From NCBI RefSeq assembly GCF_018977255.1, contig NW_024704742.1, positions 99,264,001 to 99,328,000 on the forward strand: a stretch of DNA of 64,000 nucleotides, written 5' to 3'. The notes under the pieces were generated by a model. It was given only the letters and a program-made list of their open reading frames with translations. It was not told where the DNA came from and made no database searches. The translations under genes were made by a program, and so were the position numbers. The first letter of the stretch is position 1; each line of letters opens with the position of its first letter. The stretch is from Callorhinchus milii (lineage: Eukaryota). Positions 62,670-64,000 of the stretch are shown here, one piece after another.

Positions 62670-62857
62670 GAAGTATATTCATGTTTTATAGAATATGACA
62701 AGGCAAAGCAACAAAGATGAATGGATGTCCTGTAAGATAATAGAATTGATGGGAAAGAAGTCCGATTTATCAGGAATCTTAATGGGATAAACAAGCAATA
62801 GTAACGGCTAATTCTGAGATAACAGATCAGACAAAGATCAGAAGAGATTGAGCAAAA
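62670..62857 (+). mobile_element. RTE-clade LINE reverse transcriptase relic
   Basis: EVYSCFIEYDKAKQQR*MDVL*DNRIDGKEVRFIRNL..AIVTANSEITDQTKIRR resembles RTE/BovB-type FIDY..AFDKV..GIDGKDLRIIRNLYW..I.RGVRQG. Confidence 0.6.
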
Positions 62858-64000
62858 ATCAGAATTCAGAGAGACACAATCTTTGTAATAAATATTCTCA
62901 AATTATTGTTGAAGTATGTGAGTCTCAAATGTGGCAATCTAAACTAGAAATGATAGCATGTGTGAAGAAATATCTAAAATGTTGGATGTAGCAGAACTGA
63001 TTCTCAACAAAAGCAATTGATTCCAAGTTGATTAACTTCTGGGTAAAAAACAAGGGACAAGTATCAGCCCATAAAAATACACAGTCACACCACTTTATAG
63101 TATATCCTGTGAATGTGTATATCCTGCTTTAAGATGTCTCGATTACATGATAAGGCGCTCTACCAAATGCAAGGATTATTATTATTTTTTATTGGATAAT
63201 ATAACAGGTATTTGCAGTTTTACTCACTTAAAATGAGCAAAAATTATAATAACATGTTTTGCAGTTGATAACATTGTCGAAAGGTCTCAAAGCACTTCAT
63301 AGGATTTACTGTAAAGTGTAGTGACTGTATCTTGTAGAATACTGTGCTACTGGACTCCTGATGGATGCGGGGGGAGGGTTATGTCTGTGCAAGGAAGAAG
63401 AGCAGGGTTGAATGGTGGAGATTGCTCCAGTCCTATTCTCCTGCTCATATCCACTGTTCTTTTTAATGCAGTTTATTGTTTGTTCCTCATTCTCTCTCCC
63501 ACCATCTGTGGTTGAGCCTTCAGCCACTATGACTCATGCTTTCTGGAACTTTTTCAAAAATTCCTTTGCCTTGCTCCTCCTCTTCTTCCCTTCAAAACCT
63601 AATCCTAATTTGTATCTCCATCTGACACTAGCCATCCATCAGTAACCATGCCTGAAGAGTGACACTTAATCTGCGCCAGCAACATCCAATAACAAGAAGC
63701 AAGTTCATTTGAATTTGGGGGCACATTTGGATATGGGAGGGAAATATCAACTAGGAAAATGACTTCATAATTCTTTAAAATAGCAATGTCAGACCTATAT
63801 TTACCTGAATCACATGGCTATCAGAACATAAATGAATAACACAATGAAAAGAATATAATGAGAATCTGGAAATAAATAATACATTTAGAATCGCTGTTTT
63901 GTAGACAAATAGTTAATAATTCTAGAATAAACCTTACATATGATATAGCACTTTATCATATTGTTGAGAAGTCTTAAAGACCTTCATATTTGTATTTGTA

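Noticed and set aside
1..64000. Prokaryote-type systems (CRISPR arrays, operons) or an endogenous virus
   Set aside because: No regularly spaced repeat-spacer array, no long non-TE ORFs and no viral motifs; the recurring tails are dispersed retroposon ends.

Overview
Eukaryotic (vertebrate) non-coding DNA: AT-rich, CpG-poor and dense in retroelements. The repeat set points to a cartilaginous fish, most plausibly a chimaera such as Callorhinchus milii (inference). It includes young L2 LINEs with (TTG)n tails, CR1 LINEs, tRNA-headed Deu/Meta-type SINEs with (ATT)n tails, AmnSINE2-like relics, a Penelope-like GIY-YIG element, a solo LTR, an RTE relic and several MITE families. I recognise no host protein-coding exon; nearly all ORF-track hits are transposon frames or chance. 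The window looks like part of a very large intron or a gene desert with TE-free, enhancer-like islands. Best leads: (1) three + strand exon candidates that are all compatible with a phase-1 intron (a terminal exon with stop and AATAAA, a 9-nt microexon, a 60-nt polyQ cassette); (2) a decayed hammerhead-ribozyme hairpin of Penelope type; (3) a high-copy palindromic MITE family with a 3-bp TSD; (4) several unexplained palindromes and local duplications. I found no convincing novel multi-gene system. Repeat family names are recalled from consensus sequences, not searched, and most boundaries are approximate.
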